A stretch of DNA of 64,000 bases from Parasitella parasitica NRRL 2501 (lineage: Eukaryota; Fungi; Mucoromycota): contig MU619242.1 in NCBI GenBank assembly GCA_025201805.1, forward strand, positions 375,323 to 439,322, read 5' to 3'. Under the pieces are notes generated by a model, which made no database searches, was not told the DNA's origin, and saw only the letters and a list, made by a program, of their open reading frames with translations. Positions 52,190 through 64,000 of the stretch are shown here, in pieces (position 1 is the first letter of the stretch; each line of letters starts with the position of its first letter). The position numbers and the translations under genes are program-made.

Positions 52190-52940
52190 CAGTTGTAGGA
52201 ATGAGAAACCGAATCCTTTAAAGTGACTTTTCTTGACACTTTGGCAGGCTTCCGTGGTTCTCTTTGATAAAGTGTCTCTATGCAAGAATCTATGACGCTT
52301 AACCTTGCTCTTTGCCACTACCCAGAACTGTTCTATTGGGTTAAGTTCGGGAGAGTAAATAGGAAGATACACGCATTTATAACCTCAATCATAACCTCAA
52401 TGCTTGATGTACTTTTTGATGTTCTCTTGTGTGTGAATTCGCGCATTATCCATGACTATATAATGACCTTTCATATGTGAATGTTTGTCCATTTCATCGA
52501 GGGCCATTTTTTCAAGAAACTAATGTAGTGACCTGCTACGGTCCCTGAACTTATATCTCCATCAGCCTTCGGCTCTCGTTGTGGGTCGAGTAACAATAGC
52601 ACGAGTACCTTTTCTGGGCCAGGCTCTTGAGCGTTTCATATTGATATCAAAAGCGGACTCGTCTAGAGACACGCAATTCGCGAGGAAATTCATGTCTGTG
52701 TTTTCCCACTTGTAAGCTTAGTTGTACCGTTCTTCAATCTTTGCTGAACTGTTTATTGACTTTTAACGTACATATTTTCGTTTTGATTTTTATATATGAA
52801 TATATTCATTAAGTGGCAATGGTCTCAATGATAAATTCATTCTGATCAACAATGTAGTCCATGGGCTCAGGATCAAAATTCCCTTTTAGCATATTATTAA
52901 ATGTAAAGAAAAGTTCCTGCCTAAAATCATCCCCTTTTTT
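52190..52940 (-). mobile_element. IS630/Tc1-mariner transposase relic
   Basis: NCVSLDESAFDINMKRSRAW, YIVMDNARIH and YLPIYSPELNPIEQFW show D-D-E residues. Internal deletion, stops and frameshifts. Confidence 0.88.
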
Positions 52941-53713
52941 AGAATATATGGTTCAAATTTCAATGAAAAATGTGAGAATCCCGATATTTTAACATATGCC
53001 ACCTTAATTACATGAATTTGTAAACGAGTTCTCTTTTTGTTGTGGGCTTTTCGGTTAGCCGTAATGGTATCTTGATTTTGATTAACAAAGTTTGTTTAGC
53101 TTTGATTTAAAAGATATTGTCAAATGTGTTTTAAAATGAAGATGGACAAGTTGATCTTTATAATGAGCAAGGGATGAGAGTGATATGACCCACGGAAGAC
53201 GCCTAGACTGGAGCTGATGGCTCAAAAATTATCCTCGAAACACACATATATTATAAAGCTTTGAAAAACAACCTTGTATCGCTTTTTTTTTTTTTTTTTT
53301 TTTTTGCGCCTAAAAAAGCAGAAAACTTCAAGGTCGGGCATTCAGAGGCGTATCTCGCTGATCCATCTTTTGTCACCCCAAATGGATAGCCAAAGCTGCA
53401 CATATACAGATTTTACATCTGTGGCAATGCACGTATACGTATTTTAATGACGGCGGTAACAACTACGTTGTACTATTGATAAACCTTGGTTCTTGGATCA
53501 TCTTATCTCATACATCCTATTAACTTAGTAACCCGCCGTGCTTCTGTATCCATGATTTCGATTCAATATAGTAGGAAAATCCTCAATTGTTATAACGAAA
53601 ATATAATACATAAAAAAAAAAAAGTGATAAACTTCAACGTCGCTTGTTTTATCCATTTATTTACAATGTTGGTCTGTAAGAAATTAGAAAAAACTGCAAA
53701 AAATGCAGCGATT

Positions 53714-54140
53714 TTAACGAAGACGACGAGCTTCACGTTCAGATTCCAAAAGACAGAGGATATCGTTTTCACGAACGGGGCCCTTTACGTTACGGATGAT
53801 GGAACGGTGAGTATCATCCATGAATTCAACACGGACTTGGGTGACGCCACCACGAGAACCAGTACGGCCAAGAACCTTAATAACTTTGGCGAGCTTAACG
53901 GGAGTCTTCGAAGAGTCCTACATTGCGTTATTAGTCCAAGCTGTGTGGAATACATGTCGTAGCTGGGCAATTAGATGGCTGAATGTGGTTGAATACAGAA
54001 GCTGGTGCGTGTATGAAAGTTGGTAAGAAAATCCGCCATTTCATCCATTCATCCATCCGTTTTTCAATCGATTCATCCATCCATCTGTCAAACAATTCAT
54101 CCATCTAATGCAATCCAATGTATACAACGAAACCTACCAT
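53714..54140 (-). CDS. RPS28: 40S ribosomal protein eS28 (absent from the ORF track)
   Basis: ATG exon 54140-54138 plus exon 53917-53714 give [33 protein letters not shown]...[28 protein letters not shown]. Confidence 0.97.
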
Positions 54141-54258
54141 TATAGAATATTTGTATACGGATTTGAAAAGGAGGGAACTCTTACATTGGAACTGGACAAC
54201 TGCCCTATAGCTCCCCACACACACACCACGAACAGAGCGTGTAAAAATCTGAGTTTAT

Positions 54259-57200
54259 TTAAAAATGGTCAATGCTGAATTCAATGTCTACTAAATCCTC
54301 CATAATGCGAGGCACAGTTGTACCGATTTGCTTTGTAGTTTCCTTTTGACGTTCTATAGAGAGCCCAGCGAATTCAAAGATTAAATCACCATCCAAGATT
54401 GCTTTCGTACGATTTGAAGCCATTCGTTGTTTGGGGCCCTTGATTAATCTATAGGCTCTAGGATTTAATCCAGCTACATGCTGCACATTGTTCACCAATT
54501 GGCCATACAGAGTGTTTAGCCGTTTGAACGTCTTTTCGGATATAGGTGATAACACAGAGATAGACCCGCTAAAGGTACCACATAGACAGAAATGTCTCCG
54601 GCTGTATTCTAATCCTCTCTCTGTCTTTTCAATCTGTGGTAATCGCACCATTGTTTGTACCTGAGATCCTACATGGAAATCACCACGACGCATTAGCTTT
54701 TGACCGCCAAAAGATTGCAAGTCTATTCAAGCGCATTAGTTACTGCAAAATATAAAACATATTCCAGACTTACTGAAGGGAGCATATTGATACAAATCCA
54801 GATTTTCGCTTGTATCGCCAACTACGAGATACAATGACTTGTCGTCAATGATGAAATCAACGCAGCCCACTTCAAATGATTGGTAGTCTTTTCCCAAGAG
54901 CGATAATTTTGCTGGCTCAAGCTGGAAGCCCAAGAACCAGATCGATTTTTGGGCATCTCCTAGCAAGATGAAATTCTTGATAGAACTCATACTGGTAACA
55001 TAGATTTGTACATCGATAAAAGCAACGCCCACAAGACTTTCATCATCCTCTAGACTCCAAACAATTACCTTGGACCCAATACATGAGGCCAAGTGCCCAC
55101 TCACATTGCACATGGCTGTTACAGCGCCTTTGACGTCTTCTGTATGTAAATGCTTGAATTTGTGATTGGTCTGTGGGTTGTTTGGCTCAGGCACAACTTC
55201 AATAATGTCGAAAATACGAATCTAGACGAGCGTTACTATACAAATGAATGCATCCAAGGCAATTATAAATACTTACAGACCCTCTCATTGTAGTATCCTC
55301 GCCTCGGAGAACACCAGTACCCACCACCATAAAGTGCTTGCGACCACTGCTAGTCTGTTTAGACTCCAGCGCCGCACATTGCAGCGAAAAGCATTGCTCA
55401 AATTCCTCGAAATCTACTTTATCTACAATTTCCCAAGTAACAGGCGACACCATGATCATGGAGAAGCGATCTACTTGTGGTAGAAACTCGCCCGGCCCTC
55501 GCTCGTCATTGGCTGCAGATGGTTCTTCGTCGCCTTCAGCTGCTGGGAGGTCGTCGGCTGTCTGCAAATTCACGGGTTGTTCGGTCGATACAAGCACAGC
55601 ATATACACGCATAATGGGATGATATTGAATTTTATGTACAGTTTGACCCAAAGGTATCTTTTGCATAACCCAATCTAGATCGTAAATCACGCCGTTTGTA
55701 CGGAGGCCAGACAGGCAAATATTCGACTCGGCATCCACGGTAATAAAGCCATGCTTACAGTTGACATTGTGGAACTGAGTGAATCCAATCACCTCATTTT
55801 TGGCTTTCATTGGGTGGACACGGACAAAGCTTTTACATGAGTTCATGAGCCAGGCGGGCTGTGCTCCAGCAACAAATACACCCGTGTAGCCTGCAACATC
55901 AGTGAATGGAATCAGTAGTCTTTTTCGGTGCTTTTCTTGCTTCTTGCTGACTGGCTTCTTTGTTTCTTCTTCTTCATCCTCTATATCCAAGTCTGGGATG
56001 TCGAATTCATCAATGATTTCCTTTTGTTTAGCCTTTTTGGAGGCCTCAGCTGCGGATGAAGCGGATTTACGGGACACGTACTCATGATGCACGCGCGAGA
56101 ATCGAAGGGCTAGACGGTCTGATTTGGCTACACTGTCTGACGGCGTAAAACTGAATGCCTTGTAAATGATGATATCGTTTGTCTCTGTTCGTGCCACAAG
56201 ATGAGGGTCTTTTCTTTCTCGGCCAATGTTGGTCATCAAAATCTCCTGGATAATAGAGCTGCTCTGATTGCTGTTGCCCTTTTTGTTTGCATCTTTTGGC
56301 TGGTCTGTGATCAGATCAGGCGCAATGTCGAATTGGGGACATGCAAAGTATTCTTTGAAATCAGGGAGACTGTAGATTTGCAGCGTTCCGTCTGTAGTGT
56401 AAATGAGTGCCCAGAAACTAACTCGGGTAATTTCGTTCAAGGCGCCTCCTCTAAGGCTAACATTGGCTTCATCGAGGTCTTCAGATTGGAGAGTGAGCTG
56501 ATCTTCTATGCTGTTGCTGCCAAATTCATTGTTGTTTCCATTGATTTCGTCTTTGACTTTGCCGGTTCCATACAGCATTTCGTCATCATCGTCCATGAGG
56601 TGGTCGGCGTTATCGAGTGTATTTGTCTTGGACACAGAAACAGATTCCATTTTAACGTCATCACTGATGTCGTCTCCATAAAGATCCATGTCTACTTCAT
56701 CGAACTCTGCCGAGCTTTCTGTATTAGGTTTTTTGAAGATGTTGCTGCTATCGTGTTTATCCTCTGCTTTACGTTTCTTTCGCTGCTGTTGAGCTCGAGC
56801 AGCAGCGGTGGTTTTGGCGGATCTCTCAGCTTTGGCGGCCATGGCAGCTTTCTTTTCCGATATGCTGGAGAACAAGTTGGATGTATCTGCAAAAATATTG
56901 GCCATGGCAATGGACGTCTTGTTGATGTAAGATGGCAGCTGTATTGAGGATATTTCGGCTGTCTCTGCATCTCCTTTGAGGGCTAGAATTTTGTTGTTGT
57001 CTAGAGTGAGTATGATGTACGGATCACGAACACTAGCATCGACGATCTTGGATCCACGAATAGGGATCGTTCTTATGCGTTTGCCCTCAGGAGTCAGCAC
57101 CATTACGCCAGTTGCGTACACTTGCACAATACGTGTAGAGTTGAACAATGTATTGACAGCAATCGTCGGCCCACGTGTATAGAAACCCGTCTTCACCAGC

Positions 57201-59400
57201 TCCTGGAGCTCATCGCCAGCCGACAATACCATAGTGCTCTTGGATTTACTAATAAACAGCAGCTTGTCAAATGCCTCATCAAACGCATTGTCTATCTCTA
57301 CTGTTTCCCATCGACTGTGCTTGTCATTCTCCACCGATGATGCAACCGAGGCTTTTCTACTGTTTTCAAACGTAGCTTCTTTGCGGCACTTGATTGACCA
57401 TATTGCTTGGCTGTCTGCTTGGTTGAACGAAAACGACGTTTGGGGATATACATGGCGTTGGAATACACACAGGGCACCATTTCTGCCGTGGCCTGAACAG
57501 CTCACCAGTTCCATGTCGGGGATACCGGCAACAGGTGTTTGCTCTGTCCCCTCCTCTTCTGATTTTTGGTTGCTTTCGACATCGCCAATAGTCATGTCTA
57601 CAATGGGCCCAGTATTTAAAAGGGTGTCGCATACCCGGAAGGAAAAGTCGTTGTCATTCTGCAGTTGCGACTTACTGCCGAGCATCTCCTCGCTGTATTT
57701 CCACTTGATCAGCAGCGAATCTCCCACTCGACTGCCCAGGAAAAAATACTCGTTATTCACATTTGTAACACAGGACGGTATAGTAGCCAACGGCGATAGC
57801 TCAGAGTTGGTTCTTGTTCCTAGATTGGCCTTGTGCACGATATTGGAGATGTTCATGCCAACCACCTTGCTGCCGTCCATCTTCATCTGCACGACTGCCC
57901 AGTTTCCGCTTTGCATAAAAATCAGACATCGATCGCCGCCAAACGGTAGCGCTTTGGCTCCATCTAACATCAAACCCATCTCGATGAGCTTGTCTTGGTA
58001 TATCATTCCCGCAAATTCTGTTGTTTTTTTCGTGTATCCATTGACTGCAACACCTACGCCAGGCGATCCTTGGGACACATGCAGCAGTGAATTAGCAGCA
58101 ATCACTAGTACACCCGTTACAGGTTTAGGCATAGCGACTAGTTTGATGCAGTCGTAGGGCAGTTTGTCGATAGAATAAATAATGGGGTAGATTTTGGCTG
58201 TTAAATCAAGCGAGATGACGACAACTGACACTGTGTCTTTGACGCTTGCTAGACGGCTACATAGCTACTGTTAGCTTGCGCATGCTTGTTCCATCTTGGT
58301 CGATATTCTTACCCTGTCCATGTCTGTTCCGATTGAAATAGAATAGCCAACGTTGGTTCGTAGTAGTCTGACAGAAACACCATGTCGATTACATTTTTAA
58401 TGCGTGCATCGATTGACTCTAAATCGATCAAAAAGCTAGGCTGATAAGGCCATTTTCTAGTGCTACGGTTAGATGTGCAACAAAACGAAACAAAAATGCT
58501 GAGCTCCACTTACTGAGCTTCTTCTTCATCGTCTGCTTCGCCGCCCTGTCTTTCGTCCAATTTATCGGCCTGTCGAAAAGGTAAAACTGCCAGTTTGTTG
58601 TCGTAAAAGTTCAACACTGCACATCTTTGCTGAGGGTCGATATGAATACTTGATGGATAAGGATTTGTCAGGAATTCTTTCTATGGTAATTTGTAAGTAT
58701 GACTTGAGCCCGCAAAAGGCTTATTTCGGCCGACATGTTACCTTGAACTCGTCTCTTTCATAGTAGTGAATTGACACTGTTACAATCGAGTTTGTGGAAG
58801 GAGACCATTCCAGCAATGACATCTAAAGAGCATATCATAATAAGCGGTCTGTGTCAGCTATACTGTTAATTTTCTCCTACCTTGGCATCGCTAAAGCCCA
58901 AGAGCAAGCTGTCGCAGCCTTCTTTTCCTCGAGGCGAGTTGGTTTTTACTACGCCCATAGTAGCAATCGTACCATTCAACTTGTACTGAGCAACCAATTC
59001 CAATCTTCCAGAACTTGACTCTGCAATGTCTTTGTGCTGTTTGATCGGCTTGATTTTAGGAAACTCGAGTGTCTATAATGAAAGCTTAGAAACAGGTGCT
59101 CCCTACGTTTGTATATCGCTCATCGTTCATCATTCATCGTTTTACCGTATCCGCATTTTCAGCCAAGCGCTCACTAGCCAACTCCTCATCTGCCATGTTG
59201 ATGTCATCTTCGTCTTGTTCTTTCTCAACGTCTGCGTTCAATGTCTGATCAGGTATGTATTCGACAAACTCGTAAATTTGTAGTAAGGAAGCTTTTGCCA
59301 CTACAAGATTTGTCGCGTCTGGTGAGGTGAAATGGCTGGTCTCTACCTGCTCCACTGTTTGAGGTGGAAACAGCTCTTGGTAAATTGCATATGCTGACAT
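54259..59400 (-). CDS. CFT1: Cleavage and polyadenylation factor subunit Cft1/CPSF160
   Basis: DYYEPTLAILF, FFLGSRVGDSLL, LLNTGPIVD, FTQFHNVNCKHGF, VGTGVLRGED and HVAGLNPRAYR...ILDGDL. Multi-exon. Confidence 0.95.
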
Positions 59401-59882
59401 GTGTTTGTAACAAGCAAAAGAGAGAATCTGTAGTTGAGAAAAAAAAGATGCATCTTGCCAGAAAATTTTTGGATTGTCGTGTTGGCTGAATTAAACCCCA
59501 GTGTCATTGATGTGCGACTGCAGTAGAGAGAGTAGAGAGATAGGGGCTAAATTATGGGATGCTGACTGACAGCCAACCCCAACGGTCACCACAGATCAAG
59601 GATCTATGAATCAGGTGCTGCATTTAGCTGAATTAGCTTGTCTTGTTTTTTTTGTTTTTTTTTGTTACAAGAAAAACGTATCGAAAATGAAGCCATGCTG
59701 ATCGAGTACATGTATGGATGTCTTTGCTGATCTCTATAATACTATCGGCTTACTTGGGCTCATTCAAAAGGGATCACGTGCAAAGCACACTATTTTACTT
59801 GTTACTAAATTGAGAAGTTGAGCAAAAACATTTACACACATCTTTTTCGTTTTTATTCTTCCAAAAACAACAGCAAAAAAAA

Positions 59883-61248
59883 ATGTCAACGCTAGATTAT
59901 TACCAAGTTTTACATCTCGAAAAAGACGCTTCTGATCAACAAATCAAGAAAGCATATCGCAAACTCGCTTTAAAGTTCCATCCGGATAAGAATTCTTCTG
60001 CTGAAGCTGTAGAAAAGGTAATTTTTTTTTTTTGCATAATATACGGATTGTGTGGAATGTTATTAACCCAGCCCTTGAAATGTAGTTTAAAGACATAAGG
60101 TAGATTAAATGTGGACTTCTGACATCTAAATGCGTTGATAGCTAATGTCTTTTTTTTTATAGTGAAGCATACGAGATTTTATCAGATCGTACGTACACTT
60201 GTAGATTTTTTTTTTTTACAATAGATTTAGAACACTAATCTCTCTTTGCGCAGCCGAGAAAAAAAGAGTATATGATAGTCGTGGAAAACAGCAAAATGAC
60301 TTCAACTATCATAATCCATTCGCCGGGTTTGCAGTAAGTAGAGACAAAGTAACCGTTTGGTCATCATTTTCACAAGTGATTCTAGTTCCATAGCCCCGAA
60401 GAAATATTCGCAGAGTTTTTCAATCACATGGGCATGTTTGGTCGAGGAGGTGATGTGTTTTCTTTTATGATGCCACCAGCACATCAAGCTCCACCTCCAC
60501 CTCCACCTCCACCTTTCCATGGTTTCGCTCGCCAATTTATGATGGGAGGATTCGGCAGTGGTGGCGGTAGTTCATTCTTTGGTAACGACATCATGTCCCC
60601 CATGATGGGATCATTCCAACAACAGCAGCAGCAACAGACGTTTTCTGGATCAGGCACTGGCAGTGGCAGAGGAGGATATTCGAAATCTGTGTCTACAACA
60701 ACTCGCAACGTAAACGGCGTTGTAGAATCTGTCACAATCACAAAGATTACGGATGAAACTGTAAGTAATTGAGTGTTGATGGCTTCCAGATATTAACGCA
60801 ATGCGTTTACCAGGGAACAAAAGTAATAGAAGAATATGGAAACGGCGTTACAAAGATTAACGGCGTAGAGCAGCCAACACAGCACCAGATTGAGTCAGGA
60901 AGCCCATCTCACAGCGACAGTTATAACAGTAATAGATCAGTAGAAAAAACACAAGTCGTCAGCGATAGCGAAGACGAAGAGCTTGATGAATTTGACGAAC
61001 ACCGAGATTATTTCTACCGACAGCAACAGATCCGGTTGCAGCAGCTTAAATTGCAGCAAGAGCAGCAAAGATTATGGGATGAGCAGAGGAGACATGAGAA
61101 ATACATGCATCAACAAAGAGATAGAATGTATCGACAGCACATGCGGCTTCAGCAGCAGCAAATGCAGCAAATGCAGCACATGTATTCTCAATTCTACCCT
61201 CAACAACAGCAACAGCAACAACAACAGCAACAGCAACAACAACAACAA

Positions 61249-61284
<36 letters not shown>

Positions 61285-61383
61285 TATAATTATCAACATG
61301 ATTTATTCGAGACTACCTTTGATCGTCCATCTCATCAGCACCAGTACAACCATCAATATCCGTACTATAACCACTTTCTATAA
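59883..61383 (+). CDS. J-domain co-chaperone, DNAJB6-like, with poly-Gln tail
   Basis: DYYQVL...[17 protein letters not shown], small exons FKDIS / [10 protein letters not shown]-rich region, [13 protein letters not shown] and 28 Gln (61201-61284). Confidence 0.88.
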
Positions 61384-62605
61384 AGAAAGCAGCTCTTTTT
61401 CAAACACTTGGATCAACTTTTCATCAATTACTGCTTGACCGTCTGTAAAGAAAGGCTCAACTGCAACTCTTGTAGTTGATTCAAACAATTCTTGAATGAT
61501 ATGTTGTAATTTACCGCCTGTTTGTTTGAAATCAGGAAACTATACAAAAAAAAAAGCTTGCATTTAGTACCATTCATCAAATAAAAATGTACAAACTTAC
61601 AGCGTTTGCTTCCAAAAAGTATACATTCAGTTCTTGATCCATCATAAAATCCACACCAAATAACTCAAAAGCGTTTGGCATGGCTTGAAATGTTGTCATT
61701 TCACTGGTACAAGCATCGAATACATCAGCCAAAATGTCCTTCATTTGCTCAAAGATACGATTCAAATCCTCTTGAGCTAAACCAAGCTCCCAAAACAGCT
61801 TGACCGATGCTTGCTCATCATATCCCTCCTCGCCTGCTTGAAGACAAGTGTTGGTCAAGTGGATTAAATTGTCGTCTAAATTTGTGGTATCGTAATCCTT
61901 CATTGCAAACAGCGCCAACATGTCTTTGTACAAATAGACCTGAATGTTAGATTTGGCAAGCACATAGGCACGAACATGGAACTTGCGCTTTTCTACCAGC
62001 AGAGGCTTGTCGATATAGCGCTGGATCACCCATTCACGCACTTGGGTTAGGTCTTCTTGATCGCTGTCGTCGTCATCCTCGCTGTCGCTGTCGCTGTCTT
62101 CAACCTCAAACATGGCACGCAGTTCATCCAATGAATTAAACACCTTGATGCCAGCAGCTTTGTTGGCCATACTAGGCTTGATGATAAACATGTGTCCGTC
62201 CTGCAAATCCCTTTCCACCTCATAAGCCTCATTCATTGCCTCTTCAAAGTAGTCCACATGATCCAGCTCAAATAGCCAGGTCTCAGGAATCGCCTTTTTC
62301 AAAATACTAGTGGGATTTTTGGAAAGGTATTTTGTCATATTGTAAGCCATCTGTGATTTGCGAATTAGGCCTTTACGAATGCAATAAGCATTGGCAAGAG
62401 TATCCTTATCCGCGGCCAAACGCTGCCAATTGATTAATTCGTATTCGAGCCATTGTAGTTGAACATTGGCAAGATCGGCTTCGGCATGGTTTTCGTCAAT
62501 ATCTTGATCAATGATCCATTTTACTTTTTTAGACTTTTCAAGCGCCTTGACAACTGCTTGTTGAGTGTAAGGGTCATCGAGATGAACGTGAGCCTTTAAA
62601 GACAT
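61378..62605 (-). CDS. Tubulin-tyrosine ligase family protein (Pby1-like ATP-grasp)
   Basis: NAYCIRKGLIRK, FIIKPSMANKA, VIQRYIDKPLL...RKFHVRAYVL, IHLTNTCLQ, FELFGVDF and LEANA|FPDFKQTG. Intron 61600-61540. Confidence 0.92.
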
Positions 62606-63457
62606 GTTGTATAAGAGCAAGAATACAGTGCTGCTGGTAAAATTTTGTCTGTTTTGAAAATATAAACGGCGCTATCTAGAAAATGATTGGCATATTTAAT
62701 GTCAAAGAAAGAATATACAGTCGGGACTCATTAGAACGGAATGGATTGGTGTACAAAAATGTATTTGGTATACTCAGAATTCGATATTCTACAGTACACT
62801 GCCTGGAACCTGGAATCTACCAGAATCTTAATATGAAGCTTAATTTTTGATAGTAAAATTACCCTCAACCTCAATCCTAAACTCTATTCTACTTTTTATT
62901 TTACATGTTTAGCATTAGAATTAGAAAAAAAAAAAGGGGAACTCTTGAATTAACTTCAAGATAATAAGCGATAATGGTAATAGGACTTCTCTATCACTTG
63001 CAATTAGCAATTTTTGAATCATTCGCAAATAGCAAGGGGTCATTAAAGCAAAAAATTGTATTCATTAATTATTCTCTTCTGCTTCCAACTCGATGAGCCA
63101 CTCTTGTTTCATCATATTACTGTGAAGAAAGGTATACTTGTGGCATCAAAATACTTACTTTATAGAGCTGTGTCATGTACTAGGATTAATATTGACGTGT
63201 TATCATCTCCAGATAGGTGGTTTTTACAGCTTTAAAGCAAGAACTTTAGCTTTGTGTGCCATTTTTCGATTAATTTTCATAACCAAGTGCCCTGAAAACA
63301 CCAGAAATAGTATCCATTGGGAAGAAACTATATTACATATGATTTTGGTGCAATTTAAGCATGATTTTTTTTTCGATGCAAAATGACGAATTTTTTCAAT
63401 TTTTTCCTTGTATCCACACATCCAAAATCATTGATTAATCCAAAATTACTTTTTCGC

Positions 63458-64000
63458 ATGGTAGAATCACAACAGCAACAGCAACAATCTTCTAGCGATT
63501 CCAACAACAGGAGGCCCATGTTATGGACCCATGTTGTCAAATCTCGAAAAAAAGGCAAAAATCAAAAGGAACAGATTGTTTCTTTCAACCCAACATTGAT
63601 AACGAGACCAGTAACTGAGGCAGAGTCGACTCAGAATGCACTCAACGGCGCTACACCTCCGGCTCCCATGGCCGTTATACGTCCGTTCATTAAAGGAATG
63701 GAGCAGGATTCTATATTAATTGACCTTACGACTATCAAAGATAGATCGCTCTTGAACAAAGAACTTCTCAAGTTCAACGAGGAAGCTGAAAAACATGGAC
63801 TTACTGAAGAATTTTTGGGTTATCGACGCCAAACCCGTAAATATCTTGGACATGAATTCCTCGAAACGATGTGGACTCCTTCTTCTCCTAGCCGCCAGAC
63901 TATCATTGACTCTGGTATCACTCTTGAAGATGGCACCTTTGTTAAAGGTTTCCCATCCTACAACGCGGACGCCACCATTGTTCGCTTGAAGTTGGAAAAC
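63458..64000 (+). mobile_element. Open ORF running off the window; probable ORF1 of a non-LTR (LINE-like) retrotransposon
   Basis: 181 codons without a stop: MVESQQQ...LWTHVVK...DSILIDLT...FLETMW...VKGFPSYNADATIVRLKLEN. Resembles Mucorales LINE ORF1 from memory. Confidence 0.55.

Noticed and set aside
53165-53220. Possible box C/D snoRNA (GGATGA...CTGA)
   Set aside because: Non-canonical C box, short length, and no terminal stem or recognisable rRNA antisense element.
1-64000. tRNA, rRNA or CRISPR arrays
   Set aside because: None recognised by eye. tRNAscan-SE and Rfam searches were not run, so small RNAs may have been missed.

Overview
AT-rich eukaryotic genomic DNA with short GT-AG introns and three assembly gaps. 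Gene and transposon content points to a Mucorales fungus (Mucor/Parasitella-like; inference). About 20 apparently intact genes are present: plant-type sulfite oxidase, PDR ABC transporter, SCA7/Sgf73-like protein, GATA factor, G-patch protein, two amino-acid permeases, peroxisomal ANT1 carrier, LSM12, a tandem-PAS protein, GET2, a mitoribosomal protein, chitin deacetylase, exportin-4, a Myb-like factor, RPL39, a divergent cystathionine beta-synthase-like protein, RPS28, CFT1, a DnaJ protein and a TTL-family ligase. Decayed material lies between them: three Tc1/mariner relics (one chimeric), a P5-ATPase pseudogene, a Helitron Pif1 fragment, a Harbinger-like Myb/SANT fragment and a probable LINE ORF1 running off the right edge. 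The top hidden element is a degenerate Fanzor1 (eukaryotic TnpB-derived RNA-guided nuclease) at about 19.3-20.2 kb, with a candidate omegaRNA/right end; only its last exon appears in the ORF track. Other highlights are a 6-nt microexon encoding the Moco-ligating Cys behind a GC donor, a probable CBS pseudoenzyme, structured ribosomal-protein introns, and two convergent CDSs that overlap at their stop codons. All translations and family calls were made by eye; no database search was run.
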